Assembly: GCA_002189035.1 (NCBI GenBank)
Contig: NEEC01000016.1
Span: 2,418,001-2,482,000, forward strand
Reading direction: 5' to 3'
DNA length: 64,000 bases
Source: Utricularia gibba
Lineage: Eukaryota > Plantae > Magnoliophyta
A program made the translations under genes and the position numbers. Below are positions 39,850 through 51,497 of this stretch, piece by piece (position 1 is the first letter of the stretch; the number at the start of each line of letters is the position of its first letter). The notes beneath the pieces were generated by a model. The model saw nothing but the letters and a program-made list of their open reading frames with translations, did not search any database and was not told the DNA's origin.

Positions 39850-41520
39850 CGATAGGCCCATAACTAACCTACAAGTTCGCCATTACATACTACCGATGGG
39901 CAATTCTAAATGATAGGCCAAGCTGCCAATGCATTTGAAGATTTTAAATTTCGGGATTGAGTTTCTTACTAGTAGTCATACAATGGTTGAAACTGATTAG
40001 TACCCGAAGTCATGCGAACTCCCCTTCCTGGAATTCCACCGGCCAATGATTGCAATCATAATAATACTTCATAAGCTATTGATTGTGATGTAGTCAATCC
40101 TTAAGTAGATTTAAAACATCATCCTTGCCTTAAGTTCCAAATCAATAGTAGCGATTCGAAAGGCACCTCTTTTATATGGAGTAATTTTGGGCATTGGGCA
40201 ACCATATTCAATCTCGAATGGAGTCATTCCTATGCTAGTAAGTAGACTCATATTATACGCATACTCTGCCCATGGAAGCCATTCTACCCATGATGTGGGT
40301 TTCTCCTTGGTGAAATAGCAGAGATATGTTTCCAAGGCCTTATTCATAATCTTGGTTTGGCCATTTGATTGAGGGCAGTATGCCATAATAGCAGAGTTTG
40401 GTTCCCAAGAGTCCTAACAGTTCCTTCTAGAGAGTTCCAATGAATATTTTATCTCGATCGCTTACAATGGTCTCTAGAAGTCCTGAAATTTGACAATCTT
40501 CTCAAAAAAAACCTAGGCAATGCTTGCGATAGTAAATGGATGAGCTAGAGCAATGAAGTAAGCGTACTTGGACAACCTATCCACAACTACTAGAATCACT
40601 TGCTTTTGCTTTGATACATGCAAATATTCTATAAAGTCCATGGACACATCAGCACAAATCATAGAAGGAATCGGCAAGGGTTGTAAATAAACCTATTGGT
40701 TTTAACTATTTAGATTTGTTCTTTTGACAGGTGATACAATGCCTAATATAATTCTATATTTGAAGTTTCATGCCTTGCCAATAGAATTTAGTAGAGATAT
40801 GGTGAATCATCTTTGTGTATCCTTCATGAAATGCATTGTGGATGTCAATTCAAAGTGACTGAGCAGCCAAGAGGTGTTCTTGACTCTCTCCGATCCGCTC
40901 AATTAAATCCACATGAGGCATAGATAATTCGGTCAGTTCAAGGGAGTCTTGATCACGACATGATAATGCATCAGCTACCTTATTTGTAGAGCTATGAATA
41001 TAGATTATATCAAAATCAAACCCAAATAACTTGCCCAATCATTTTTGTTGAAAAGGTCTAACAAGCTTCTTATCCTAATGAAATCACATACTTTGGTGAT
41101 CAGTCCGAATCATGAAATATCTGCCCACAAATAATGTCATCAATGGCGTCTCTTTCCCATAACCAACCTACAAGTTCACCATACATAATTCACAAAATAA
41201 ACAACACAAGACAACTTAATAAACATCAAACTCTTTCCCAACTCCTATTGATCTCAAGCTCTTCTCTAGTAACATATACATTCCTTGTTCAAGCGTGTGT
41301 TCCTCATAGAATCTAGTTGCTATGTCCCATACTCCAAGGAAGTTGGTCTTTACACTCACCTGCCACTTGTTGGTCCACTTCACTTAGTTGGCTTGAGCTA
41401 GCTTCAATCTATTATGTTTGATAATCTTCCCCTTGAACCTAACTCCATCCACAAAGTCCTACTTTAGTTTACAATAGCGAATTACTATTAGGCTCTAGAA
41501 CTACTAGAATTCAAGATCAA
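39850..41520 (-). pseudogene. Degenerate Ty3/gypsy pol remnant (RNase H/integrase)
   Basis: AYCPQSNGQTKIMNKALETYLCYF...WVEWLPWAEYAYN...GMTPFE and KLFGFDFDIIY...NKVADALS. Confidence 0.8.
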
Positions 41521-41526
41521 TCATAC

Positions 41527-42594
41527 TGATAGCACATAGATTTTCCTACTTTTATGATATGAAAATCACAAGTTTTTAATTATGTTTAGTTGTTTATTTT
41601 ATAGTTTTAAATATTTTTATGTAACTTAGTAAATATGTAGTTCACCCCATGTTCTAACCCAATTTTGAGTCTAGCAGCAAACCCAAAAAAATCATGGAGA
41701 AGCACAAGGATTTCGTGTAAGTCACCAAGCTACAGGGAAAATGAGTACACTGTCGTGGCTGCAGTCTGCAAGTCATGGGCAGAAGCAACATAGCTGTCAG
41801 AGATTGTACTTGCTTTGAGAAGTGAGAGGCGAGAGAAAGATCGATGGAGAGAGAATCGCAAGCTTTAGCAGTTTTCAGCACACACACAAGAGGGTTTCAT
41901 CTCCAACTCGAACAACAAATACTGAACCAAGGAGGAAAAATTTGAGGAGAATAACCTCCAGCGTGAAGGACGAAGATCAAGACCCAGTCCAGCGCTATTT
42001 CGGCCTGTGAACAGTAGCCGAAGGAAACCAGAACAATCACTTCTTTACTTTTGTTCGTTGACATTTTTAGTTCTGCAACCAACTCTCTCACAATATTCTT
42101 GACATTTTTGTTGCTTTATTTTAACGTTATCATATTTTACCTTCTAAGTATGAGTAGCTAGAACCTTAGGGATGCCTTAAGGTAAAGCATGGTGGTGATC
42201 TAGGATTCATAATAAACTTCATCATTGTTTCTTAGCTATTGTTTCAATCATTTCATGGGTAGACCTAAGGAGGGAAACAAGTAGCTTTACAATTAAAATG
42301 CTTGATTTAGAGGTAGACCAACAAGTCAAGACAAAAGTAGTAGGTGTTAGTCCGAGGTAGAACCAGTAGAACCGGGTAGACCTAATTCTATACACTTTTC
42401 ATGCGGGTATACCTAATTACAATGTTGGTGATGATATTGGAGACTAGCTTAGTTGAAAATATGATGAATGACTTGGGTAGACTTAGATTATTTGAAGTTG
42501 TGAGTGTAGGAACATGGTAAATTGAAGTAGGCATTTTAGCACTACATCACCTGCAGACCTTTAAGGCATCTTAGTATTATTATGTGTTAGAACC
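41527..42594 (+). mobile_element. LTR family D, interrupted at its 3' side by a family-A solo LTR
   Basis: Starts TGATAGCACATAG; homologous to 56311-57160 and 57469-58438. Confidence 0.78.
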
Positions 42595-44822
42595 TGATAA
42601 ACAAAAAATTAGCAACGTCGTTAAATTGCAATTTTCCCTTATCAAATAAATTTATAACCTAACACACAATCAAGCATAATACAATTATGAGCATAGTGAT
42701 TAGGGTCGAACACGAAGATCAGGTGCTTGTCATGTGATTGTTAATGCATGCAATTAGTGTCATGTTGGTAGATTTGGTCTTAACTAGGACTAAGGCAGAA
42801 TTGCGATAAAATACAGTAAAGAAAAGTAACAAGTTTTGGGACTCGGTTGTTTCTAAAATGAAATGGGTGATGCCTTGGGATTCCTAGGGGATGTATGCTT
42901 ATCACTAAACACGCTCTCACAAACCATAAATCATACAACTAAACACGCTCTCACAAACCATAAATCATACAACTACTCTTGTTAAGCTGGGTTTCACTAC
43001 TTTCCCCTCCTGGATCTATCATGGTTTGTTAAGTGGCGTGACTTATGGTTGATTAGATCTAAAGATTGATTAGCACATCTATCCCCCTTTCACCCCAAGG
43101 CACTCCTAAGTGTTGGGTTTCTCGTAGACATCGTATGTCTCAAAAGCAGCAGAATTTTAAAAATTTTGAGAAACCCCAATGCAGATCTTGGAATATGGTA
43201 TACATCAGACATAGAGATGTTCAAAGTACCTTTCAGATGACTCCGTTGTTCACCAACCGCCAATAGCAGACGGCCTCTATGGTATCCATATGTGGAGCAC
43301 TCCGTCGATAACCTTCTCAAGGCTCATTATTGATCATGAGTGATGTCTAGCAACATATCATGATCCCCAAGATTAAAGAATAATCAGGTGAACTGATTGA
43401 GCCTTTCCATGACCAGCCACCATGCAATGAACAGCTTTCATCATACTTATATCTCATTCGGTACCAGAACATGGGTGTGTGTCTTTCTGATGTATCGAAC
43501 TTATACTTGCATTCAAGCACTAACACTCAATGACCTACTCAAACAATTCGAGTGTCGTTACCCTGGGCCCAGAACTTATTGTTAGGCTTTGATGCAATTA
43601 TTTGAGATATGATCTCATTGCTAACATGAGTGATGAATTTTTTATTAATCAATCAACTATCTCCAACCTTAAGGAGTCACATCCCTACTCATCCATACTA
43701 GGCAAGCCATGGTTAGACTCCCATTAGTAATGAGCGAAAATGTGAGCTTAAGATCAAGATAACTTTATTGACCTCAAGTCTAAGCTTACTTGCATGGCTG
43801 TCATATTCGAGATCTTGCTACTGACACTTGGTTAGCTTCCCATAGTAGCATCTCGAAGATGAGTCATCCAGTGAATCGATTCTCTAATCAACACCCACAG
43901 ATAGGTTCTAGTAATCTCATTACATCAATTGTGAGAACCATTGCCTAAACTGTTTAGCGAACTCAATGTGTGCCAGCTTATTCGTATTTGTGATATCCTC
44001 ATTTCATAAACACTCCTAGCCAGGCAAATTTAACTTGATCATGAGTGCTTGAAGAATCTCACATTATGATCTCATCATAATTCCTATAGCACATAGATCA
44101 AGTAGAGGATTTTATCAATGATATAAATTTGATCACAATTCAAAGTAAATATCAAAAGATAAGATTTGCCAATGAGTTGATTATCTTTAGAACACATACA
44201 CTAACACTAAGTACTTAGTTACTCATGCTGAAGATGAACAAAAATAGAAAAGAAAACATCATCTACATTGTACTCATCTTACTGTTGACTACCAAAAAAT
44301 AAACAAGCACAGAATTTTAAAGTTTAACAGAAAGCTAAAAACGTTGCTAGCTATTCTTAGCTAAGAGTAATAATCCTTGCAAAATATAAAATAGTCTTCA
44401 AGCATCAACTTAGTTCCTGTTCGTCTTCCTCCTTATCCCCCCCCCCAAAAAAAACCTTCTCCATAAAGAAGAATCTCGTGAGTCTCCAATGGGGGAAATC
44501 TTTTTCTCTCTCCTCCTTGTCCTCCCTTTTGTCCAAAATTCTACTTTTTCCTTTCTTGGATTTTGTGTGTACTCCTTTTCAAACATTGGCCCCATCGTCT
44601 GCCACTATACTATTCATATATGGCTCCTTGGGATTTGTGTTACGACTTGTGTTGCATTGCTCAAAGAAAACTATTAGAAGGTTAGGGCTAAATCATAGAT
44701 TTAGTCCCAACTAAGACTAAAATAACATTACTACGATACTATGCACACAAATATAGAATTAGGCAATAAAACTTGATTTTTGTAGTATAATATGAGTAAT
44801 TTCCATGTAATATGTGTTATCA
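42595..44822. mobile_element. Solo LTR family A with a nested family-E solo LTR
   Basis: TGATAAAC...TGTGTTATCA; perfect TSD GAACC; internal ~37-bp tandem duplication at ~42903-42975. Confidence 0.92.
43111..44206. mobile_element. Solo LTR family E
   Basis: TGTTGGG...CACTAACA; perfect TSD CTAAG. Removing it restores family-A sequence (compare 2510-2545). Confidence 0.92.
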
Positions 44823-45217
44823 GAACCATTACTTATTACCTTTAGGGCACGTTTGGTTGTTGGGTTTGGCCTAAACCCATGTTTAGTTTCTTTGGGTTTA
44901 GGTAACCTAGTTTTATGGGTTTAACGGGTGTAAATCGTGTTTGGTTGATGGGTTTACATTATTTGGATTTAAATGAATACACGTTTGGTACGTAGGTATA
45001 AAATTGGGTTTATGGATAATTTTCATGGGAATTTATCACAAGTAATTGAGATTGAAGAGCCATGGGTTAAGTCCAGATTGTATACTCCCTTCGTTGCGCA
45101 GAGTTTCTCGTTTGAAATCCATTGAATTTTGAGTCAATTTACGGTTTACTTGTTGTAAGTGTTCGGTGTAGGTGCTTTGTTCTTGCTGTTTTCTTTCCTT
45201 CCGCACAAATTACAGGT

Positions 45218-46209
45218 ATGCATAGCCCAATCGTGATGGAAGACTCTCACAAAAAAACAAAATGCACCTGGAAGCCAGATGAGGAGAAAGACTTGTTGCA
45301 CGTTTTGAAGCAAATAGTGAAAGAAGGCTGGAAAATTGAGAATGGTTTTAGGGGTGGGTATCATTGAGCGTTGGAGACAGAGTTCTGGAAACTCCACCTT
45401 GGAACCAACATCCACGCACACCTGCATATATCTAGCAAGGTGCATACCTGGAAAAAAGACTACTACCATCTTGTAGATTTTTTATCAAGGTCGGGCACCG
45501 GTTTTAGTGAGCTGACCTACATTGTAGACGCAGAGTTATATCCGATGCTTACCGTGTTATTATGTCAGCATGCACTCAGGCTGCACGTCCTAAGACACAA
45601 AGCGTGGCGGTATTACATGGAGTGGCAAGAAATCTTTGGAAAGGATCAAGCTACAAGAGAGAATACGATGAGCTATGTAGCCGCGACCAGGAAGAGGAAA
45701 TTCACGAAAGATGTTGGGGAGAATTTGGAAGCATCTTCGGATTGCCCTCTGGACCCAGATAGCATTGGATAGATTATGAACTTTTCGTATGCTGACACAC
45801 CTTGTGACCCCATTGGTTGTGCTGCGGAGGGTGTGAACGTCACGTCTAGTAGGGACTCCAAAACATCACCGACTCGTCGCGACGGACTAGACGAAGCGGC
45901 AGGGGACCGAGGGGAATCGATGATGATGTGCAGTTCATCAAAGAAATGAAGGAGCTGAACGTGCGCACATGCGAAGAGCTATGTCATTTGGGATTAATAG
46001 TGGTGCAGCAAGCGCGGAAGTTGGTGGACAATCAGCGTCAGGCAGAAGAGATCATTAGAGGTATGCCGTTGCAATTAACTGCCATCCAACGTTTTACCAT
46101 AACAGAGACGATTAGTTCCAACCCTGCGAGGTTGCGCTACTTCCTTGCCTCCAATGATTGTGAAAGAGAGCTGATAGTACATGGTTTAGCATCCGAACGG
46201 ATATCTTAA
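45218..46209 (+). pseudogene. Harbinger Myb/SANT-like protein (H3)
   Basis: KTKCTWKPDEEKDLLHVLKQIVKEGWKIENGFRGGYH* ...HISSKVHTWKKDY...WQEIFGKDQATRE; C-terminal GMPLQLTAIQRF shared with H1/H2; internal stop at ~45365. Confidence 0.85.
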
Positions 46210-46339
46210 ATCTGTTTTGCGGAGGTTGGCCTTATGTTGGACTCATGGATTAGATGTATTTCACCTTCTAAGCATCCTTCAAGCAAATACCCTTTATTCC
46301 ACATGAAAAAGTAGGTGTAGGACGATTGCAGGTAACTAG

Positions 46340-46610
46340 TACGAGCACCGCGTACGGTAGACAGTGTTCTGACTCCGTTGGTGGAAGCACTGCATATGAA
46401 CAAGCATGGTGCTTTGTTGTTTAGCACTCTTCCGCAAACGCGGTGCTGCAACTACTGCCACACTCAGTGCGGTGCTATCGAGTAGTGATGGACTAGCACC
46501 ACGTTGGTGTTGCATATTACGAAGCACCATGTTTAGACACAAGGTTTCAAATCCAGTGATGGCACCGGATGTTACAACATGCAGTGCCACCACGATCAGT
46601 GTTCGATCAC
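46340..46610. repeat. Cluster of AGCAC(CG)...(CG)GTGCT hairpin motifs between the Myb gene and ORF3 in H3
   Basis: For example TAGCACTCTTCCGCAAACGCGGTGCTG (~46424-46448); several further GCACC/GGTGC half sites. Confidence 0.7.
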
Positions 46611-46676
46611 AAACTAACAAAGTTAGCATACCATAGTTCACGCAAGATCCATGCAATTACAAAGGTACATCATCCA

Positions 46677-48400
46677 TCACACAATAGCCTTGTAATGCTT
46701 CCACAATGGGTGTTCCTCATCTATCGGACGTTGACCTACCCGTCTGCGATTGATGTGTGTGGGTACATCCATTACGTCAATGAGAGCTTCCAGGAACGAC
46801 CTGATATCTCCCCCTCGAACTAGGGAACAATAATTGACCACGGTGTACTTGAAGGTGGTTGGGAATATGGCATTTTCGGGCTATCCAATGAAAGTAAACA
46901 ATCATCGGGTGCAAGATGGTGGAGAATGAGGGCGACCATAAACTCATCGGGTTGTGTAGTGATGTGTATGGCGCATCATTAATGAGTAGCATATTAAGAC
47001 GGTGATATTTGCCCTTGAACTCGGTGTTGGCGCCCCATACATGATTCAAAAGCTTAAGCTTAACCGTGTTGTTCCTGTTGTCGTGCACCGGATAACCTGT
47101 GTCCACTGTCCTAGATCCATCCCATTGGAAGACGAGCTTGCTGGCTGCTGCAGGCCCTAGTAACCACTGGACCACATCGTGCAATTGTTCACTGAAACAT
47201 GTTGTTAGAAAAAGGAAAGGTCAGCACCGTGCAGATACCATTACTTGCTAACTTGTCAATCTTACCATCCTTTGGAAGACTAGATGGCAATGTCAAAGTG
47301 TTCCATGCAAAACTATATCAACTCATGTGCACCTAGTCGAAGATACACTACAACTACAACAAATAGTTCTGACACATGCACCAGATATTAAATGCATATG
47401 AAATACACCGTATTATCATTTCGCCCGTATATGATGGCATCCGGCTTTGACGCTCTCCACCTGAATTCGTGAGGATACACAATGTCTGCAAATACGCCAT
47501 TCACGTCAAATATTAACAACTTACGTGGTGGGGCTGCGTTTTCACTCGACACTCCACCATATGGCCACCTTTGTTCATACCATGCAAGCCGACCATAGAG
47601 TTCAAGATTCTTCGTGTACAGTCTCTCCACTTCGATTTTCTTTGCAGTGGCAACACTGCACCCATCGTCGTGTGTCAAGATCGGTGTTGGCCCATCCGTG
47701 TTGCCCCTGACTTTTGGCTGCACATCTCCATCCTCTTCATGGGTCACCTCCTCAGGATCTTCATTCCTAATCTCACGTTGTCTACGGTGTTGAGGGCTTC
47801 CACATCATAGATGCTATGTCCTAGGGGCATTGACAAAGGGGGGCAACACGTCCTCTAGTGACTTTTTTTTGCAAGAGAACAAATTCACAAACCTCCTTGC
47901 TGCACGTTTTGGCAATACCTCGATGCCTACAACGACCACAACGACAAAAGGCATGAGTACTATTGCAGACGACGTTAGAATATTCGAAGTAATTGTTTGT
48001 GATTACCTGATGGGTGTCCAATATTCTCTGACACTGTCAACATTGTTGGCCATTCTAGAGTGGTGGGTAGGCATACCCATACAAAACTAGTCAGCCAATC
48101 ATCATATGCGCTTCTCACGTCTGTAACCAGAACCACACCAGGTTTTCCATGAAGCGAGTAGTGCAACCTCCCCTTACGTTGCACACAAACAAAAACCGCA
48201 AAAAAGACACGCGTTTCCGGGGGTATATGCTCCTCTTCATAGATCTGCAGAAATGCGAGTACGTGCGCCACAGAATGTGGTGTGAGGTGGGAGATTGGAA
48301 TTTGGAGTGCAACAAGTATCTACACCATGAAAGGGGGCGGGGGCAGTTGCAATCCACACCGAAAGTGCTCGGTGCTGATGGCGAAACCACCCAACGCATT
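46677..48400 (-). pseudogene. H3 ORF3: TRP28/Transposase_28-like N-terminal region plus FCP1/NIF-type HAD phosphatase domain, intron-containing, disrupted
   Basis: RKLLIFDVNGVFADIV; YLRLGAHELI*FCMEHFDIAI*SS; VVQWLLG...KLVFQWDGSRTVDTGY...NMLLINDAPYTSLHNP; GGDIRSFLEALIDVMDVP...GQRPIDEEHPLWKHYKAIV*. These follow the motif order of plant FCP1-homology proteins. N-terminal EEEHIPPETRVFFAVF...YDDWLTSFVWVCL. Confidence 0.75.
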
Positions 48401-48439
48401 TACTGTTGGATAACTACAATATTTTTTACCAATTTATTT

Positions 48440-48730
48440 TTGAAATTCAGAGCACCGGATTTGGCGACACACGGTGCTACAGTGTGCGTAGCGTAGCCCA
48501 GGCGTTTAGAAGCACTGCATATTACAGATCGCGGTGTTTGGTGAATTTCAAGATTGTTGTACTACCAATACCCTCGCTAATATGCACCAACTTGACAGTG
48601 ATCTACATCTTAAATGTTGACAGCACCGAATTCGATGAAACACGCGGTGCTGCTAACAACTTTGGTATCGTACTAGCCGCAGCAGCACCTCGTCTGAAGA
48701 TCGCGGTGCTGGCTCCAATGCTCCACCATG
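48440..48730. repeat. Second hairpin cluster (AGCACCG-N14/16-CGGTGCT) between ORF3 and the transposase in H3
   Basis: Hairpins at 48451-48478, 48621-48652 and ~48684-48712. Confidence 0.75.
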
Positions 48731-48939
48731 TGGTACCATGTTACCCCATGGTAACACATGACACTACGGTACAATCCCCACACCATTTGCAGCAACAACC
48801 AAATACGATGCATACAGGTGTTCATGTTGCAATGCAAACAATTATACTTAACAAATCCAATACAAACGACACGATAGGTTCCGAACGGGAATCTAGGAAA
48901 ACCATTAGCATCACAACGTCTAAAGCAGTGCTACATTAG

Positions 48940-50400
48940 CGGCATCTGCAGGATGTCAGCCACTCGGTGTACATCCCCTTAGCTTGTTCATCACGCCACC
49001 TATTCCATGCCTGATTTCCACTAGAAGATGTCATGACGTCTTCTACATCACTCATGTCCCCAGCTTCATCCTAGAAGTCCAATGAGACCTCATCCTCCAG
49101 GGGATCGACCACCATCTCCTCTCGAATGAGGTTATGGAGCAAAGCACATGCCAATACCATGCGATTCTGTGTGTTTACCGAATAGTAGCTAGTCGTCCAT
49201 AGTATACCCCACTGCATCTTCATCAAGCCCTAAGCTCGTTCGATAACATTTCTGGCTGATGCATGCCGCATGTTGAATAGCTCCTTCGCATTCTGGGTAC
49301 TCCATTTCCCTAGCCCCACTCCTTCAAGTGATAACGGACTCCACGGTATGGTGCCAAAAGCCCTCCCTATTGGCATATCCATTATCACAAAGGTAATATT
49401 ATCGTGTGTCATCACGTATACATGGTGCATGAAATCATTGGAATCACATGCGCAAGGGCTAAACAAGTGAAATACCTAGGCATACACGGAAGCCGTCGGA
49501 TCGTGAGAGTGCATCGTTTAGCGCCTGACTATCTGCAGCAGACCCCTCCCACCCAGCAAGCACATATATAAATTTCATGTGTTCATCACATACACCCAAT
49601 ACGTTAGTGGATATCACACCCTTTTGATTTTTGTACCTTGCAGCATCACATTTGTTAACTCGTATACCGATGTATGTACTATCTATGGCCCCAACACAAC
49701 CCTACAAATGCATAATCAATGTTAGATACATTCTTAAAATGAAGCGTGAAAGATGTGTCAACTTGGAAGTGTTTGAACTTTCCTTCGGATGCATGTTCTC
49801 CAGCAACTACTGAGGTCTCTAAAGCATCTCATGGAGGCAAAGCACCATATGCAACACCTTTTGGAAGCACAAAAGACGTGCAGAAGCACGTCTATGAGAT
49901 ATTTTTTATGCATGTTCCGGAGATAGACGTGCTTCTGTACCCGCATTTTTCTATGATGATCTAATATTCCTAAAAACATGCAAACTATCTCTGGAATCGT
50001 TACATATTTTCCAGCCTTTAAACTAGAATGATTTTCTAATAGGCTACATAAAATACCCAAGGCATCTCGGCTGATGGTTCTCAAGTTCTCAATGGATGCG
50101 CTATTGACATCACTCACTAACCTACTAATATACTCAACTTGTCTAGGAATCTTATGTGTAAGTGAATACCTGCGTCTCACCCTATATCCCCTACGGTATT
50201 TTTTTCCAATGTAAGTATATTATCACAATCATTTGCACCAAGTATTCGGTCAAAACTGCCGCTGCTGCACTCAAGATGACATAACACTCCATGAAAAAAT
50301 CCATGTCCTCTCAACAGTCACAAAAATCGAGCAAAATAAATCTACACACACAGCAACATGGATTCTGAAATTGGAAAGTCACAAATAAAAACTCACTATG
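48940..50400 (-). pseudogene. Harbinger DDE transposase (H3)
   Basis: ISRDALGILCSLLE...VCMFLGILDHH; GAIDSTYI; KELFNMRHASARNVIERA*GLMKMQWGIL...VLACALLHNLIR; multiple stops. Confidence 0.88.
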
Positions 50401-51252
50401 CGATGCTGCCGTGGTTGGACAAGCAAGGTGCTACCGTGGACCAACCCACCAAGAACAGAAAGCACACTTACTGAAAGACCCAGTTTATTTGCACTCAATG
50501 AAGACGCGACACCACCGGCAAATCACGAACAAGTGGGTTGTAGATCTGTGTTCAAATGTAGTTTACGCAAGGGAAATTGATTTATTTGATGCGAAAATTT
50601 GATTTTATTGCAATGAAACCTAAGAAAAGAATGCTCAAAAATAGAATAAAAAATATCATTTTTAACCTAACTATTTTCATATTTTGATAATACTAATCAT
50701 CATAATTTTAATACATTGATGAATTTGGTAGTTTCAACCTGTCCATTAGCAAAATCGATACAACTGTCATATTATAATTTCAGTTTCAATCATGAAAATT
50801 TATTCTATTGACACATATGGTTCTACAATTTTATTAAGATGGTAGTTTTCACCAACTTGTTTAATCTATTCGACAAAAGTTACCTGATCAAAACTACCTA
50901 ATGTTAGTTTAATGTCATTAAGAAAAATTTCACATAATTAGAGATATTGTAGTCATTTATGAAATTGAATCGTCTATAAATGTTATTTCATCAGTAGTAT
51001 TTTTCACTTATGTTTGGAATGTAATTTTTGAAATACTTTTACACATGATGATATTCACTAGCACTCGAAAGGAGGGACGATGTATGACACTTAAAAAGAT
51101 GAACGTTTGCGAACAGGCTATCAAATTTTAAACACTTGTTTAACTCTAACACCATGTTTAAGTTGTAAAACAGCGGGTCAGCACCTTGGTTCATATTTAT
51201 GTTTCGGCTGCGGGTGTTGGTTGGGATGTGTGTGTGAAACTCGTCAAGTGGT

Positions 51253-51449
51253 CAACCAACCAACTTGCATATAAAATGGAATGGATGCGCAGGTTAGGTG
51301 CACTGATCGGTCGGCGTGCACCCTGCCGCATCACTGACTGGTAGGTGGAGCTCACCGCACGGCAGACCACCAGATGCCACCCACGATAGCTAACTCCAAC
51401 GACTCCCCTCTGCCCCTCCCCTCCCCGCCTCCGGACGCTCGCTATAAAT
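51253..51449 (+). promoter_or_regulatory. CHIL promoter: MYB-recognition/AC elements and TATA box
   Basis: CAACCAACCAAC (51253-51264); ACCTACC on minus (51340-51346); TATAAAT (51443-51449). These are typical of flavonoid-pathway promoters. Confidence 0.6.
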
Positions 51450-51497
51450 CAGACCTTCCTTATCATCACCATCCCACGCAGCACACACAAATTTCCA

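Larger units (their letters stand above)
44845..50400. mobile_element. PIF/Harbinger transposon H3 (Myb +, ORF3 -, transposase -); right TIR not found
   Basis: TTA|GGGCACGTTTGGTT terminus; Myb/SANT ORF and DDE transposase in the convergent arrangement typical of plant PIF elements. Confidence 0.85.

Noticed and set aside
46325-46360. Helitron 3' end (short hairpin plus CTAG on the minus strand) as the carrier of ORF3
   Set aside because: The stem is only 5 bp and abuts the CTAG instead of lying ~11 nt upstream; no matching 5' TC end identified.
50400-51250. Right TIR of Harbinger H3
   Set aside because: No AACCAAACG(T/G)GCCC-like terminus found; the end is probably deleted.
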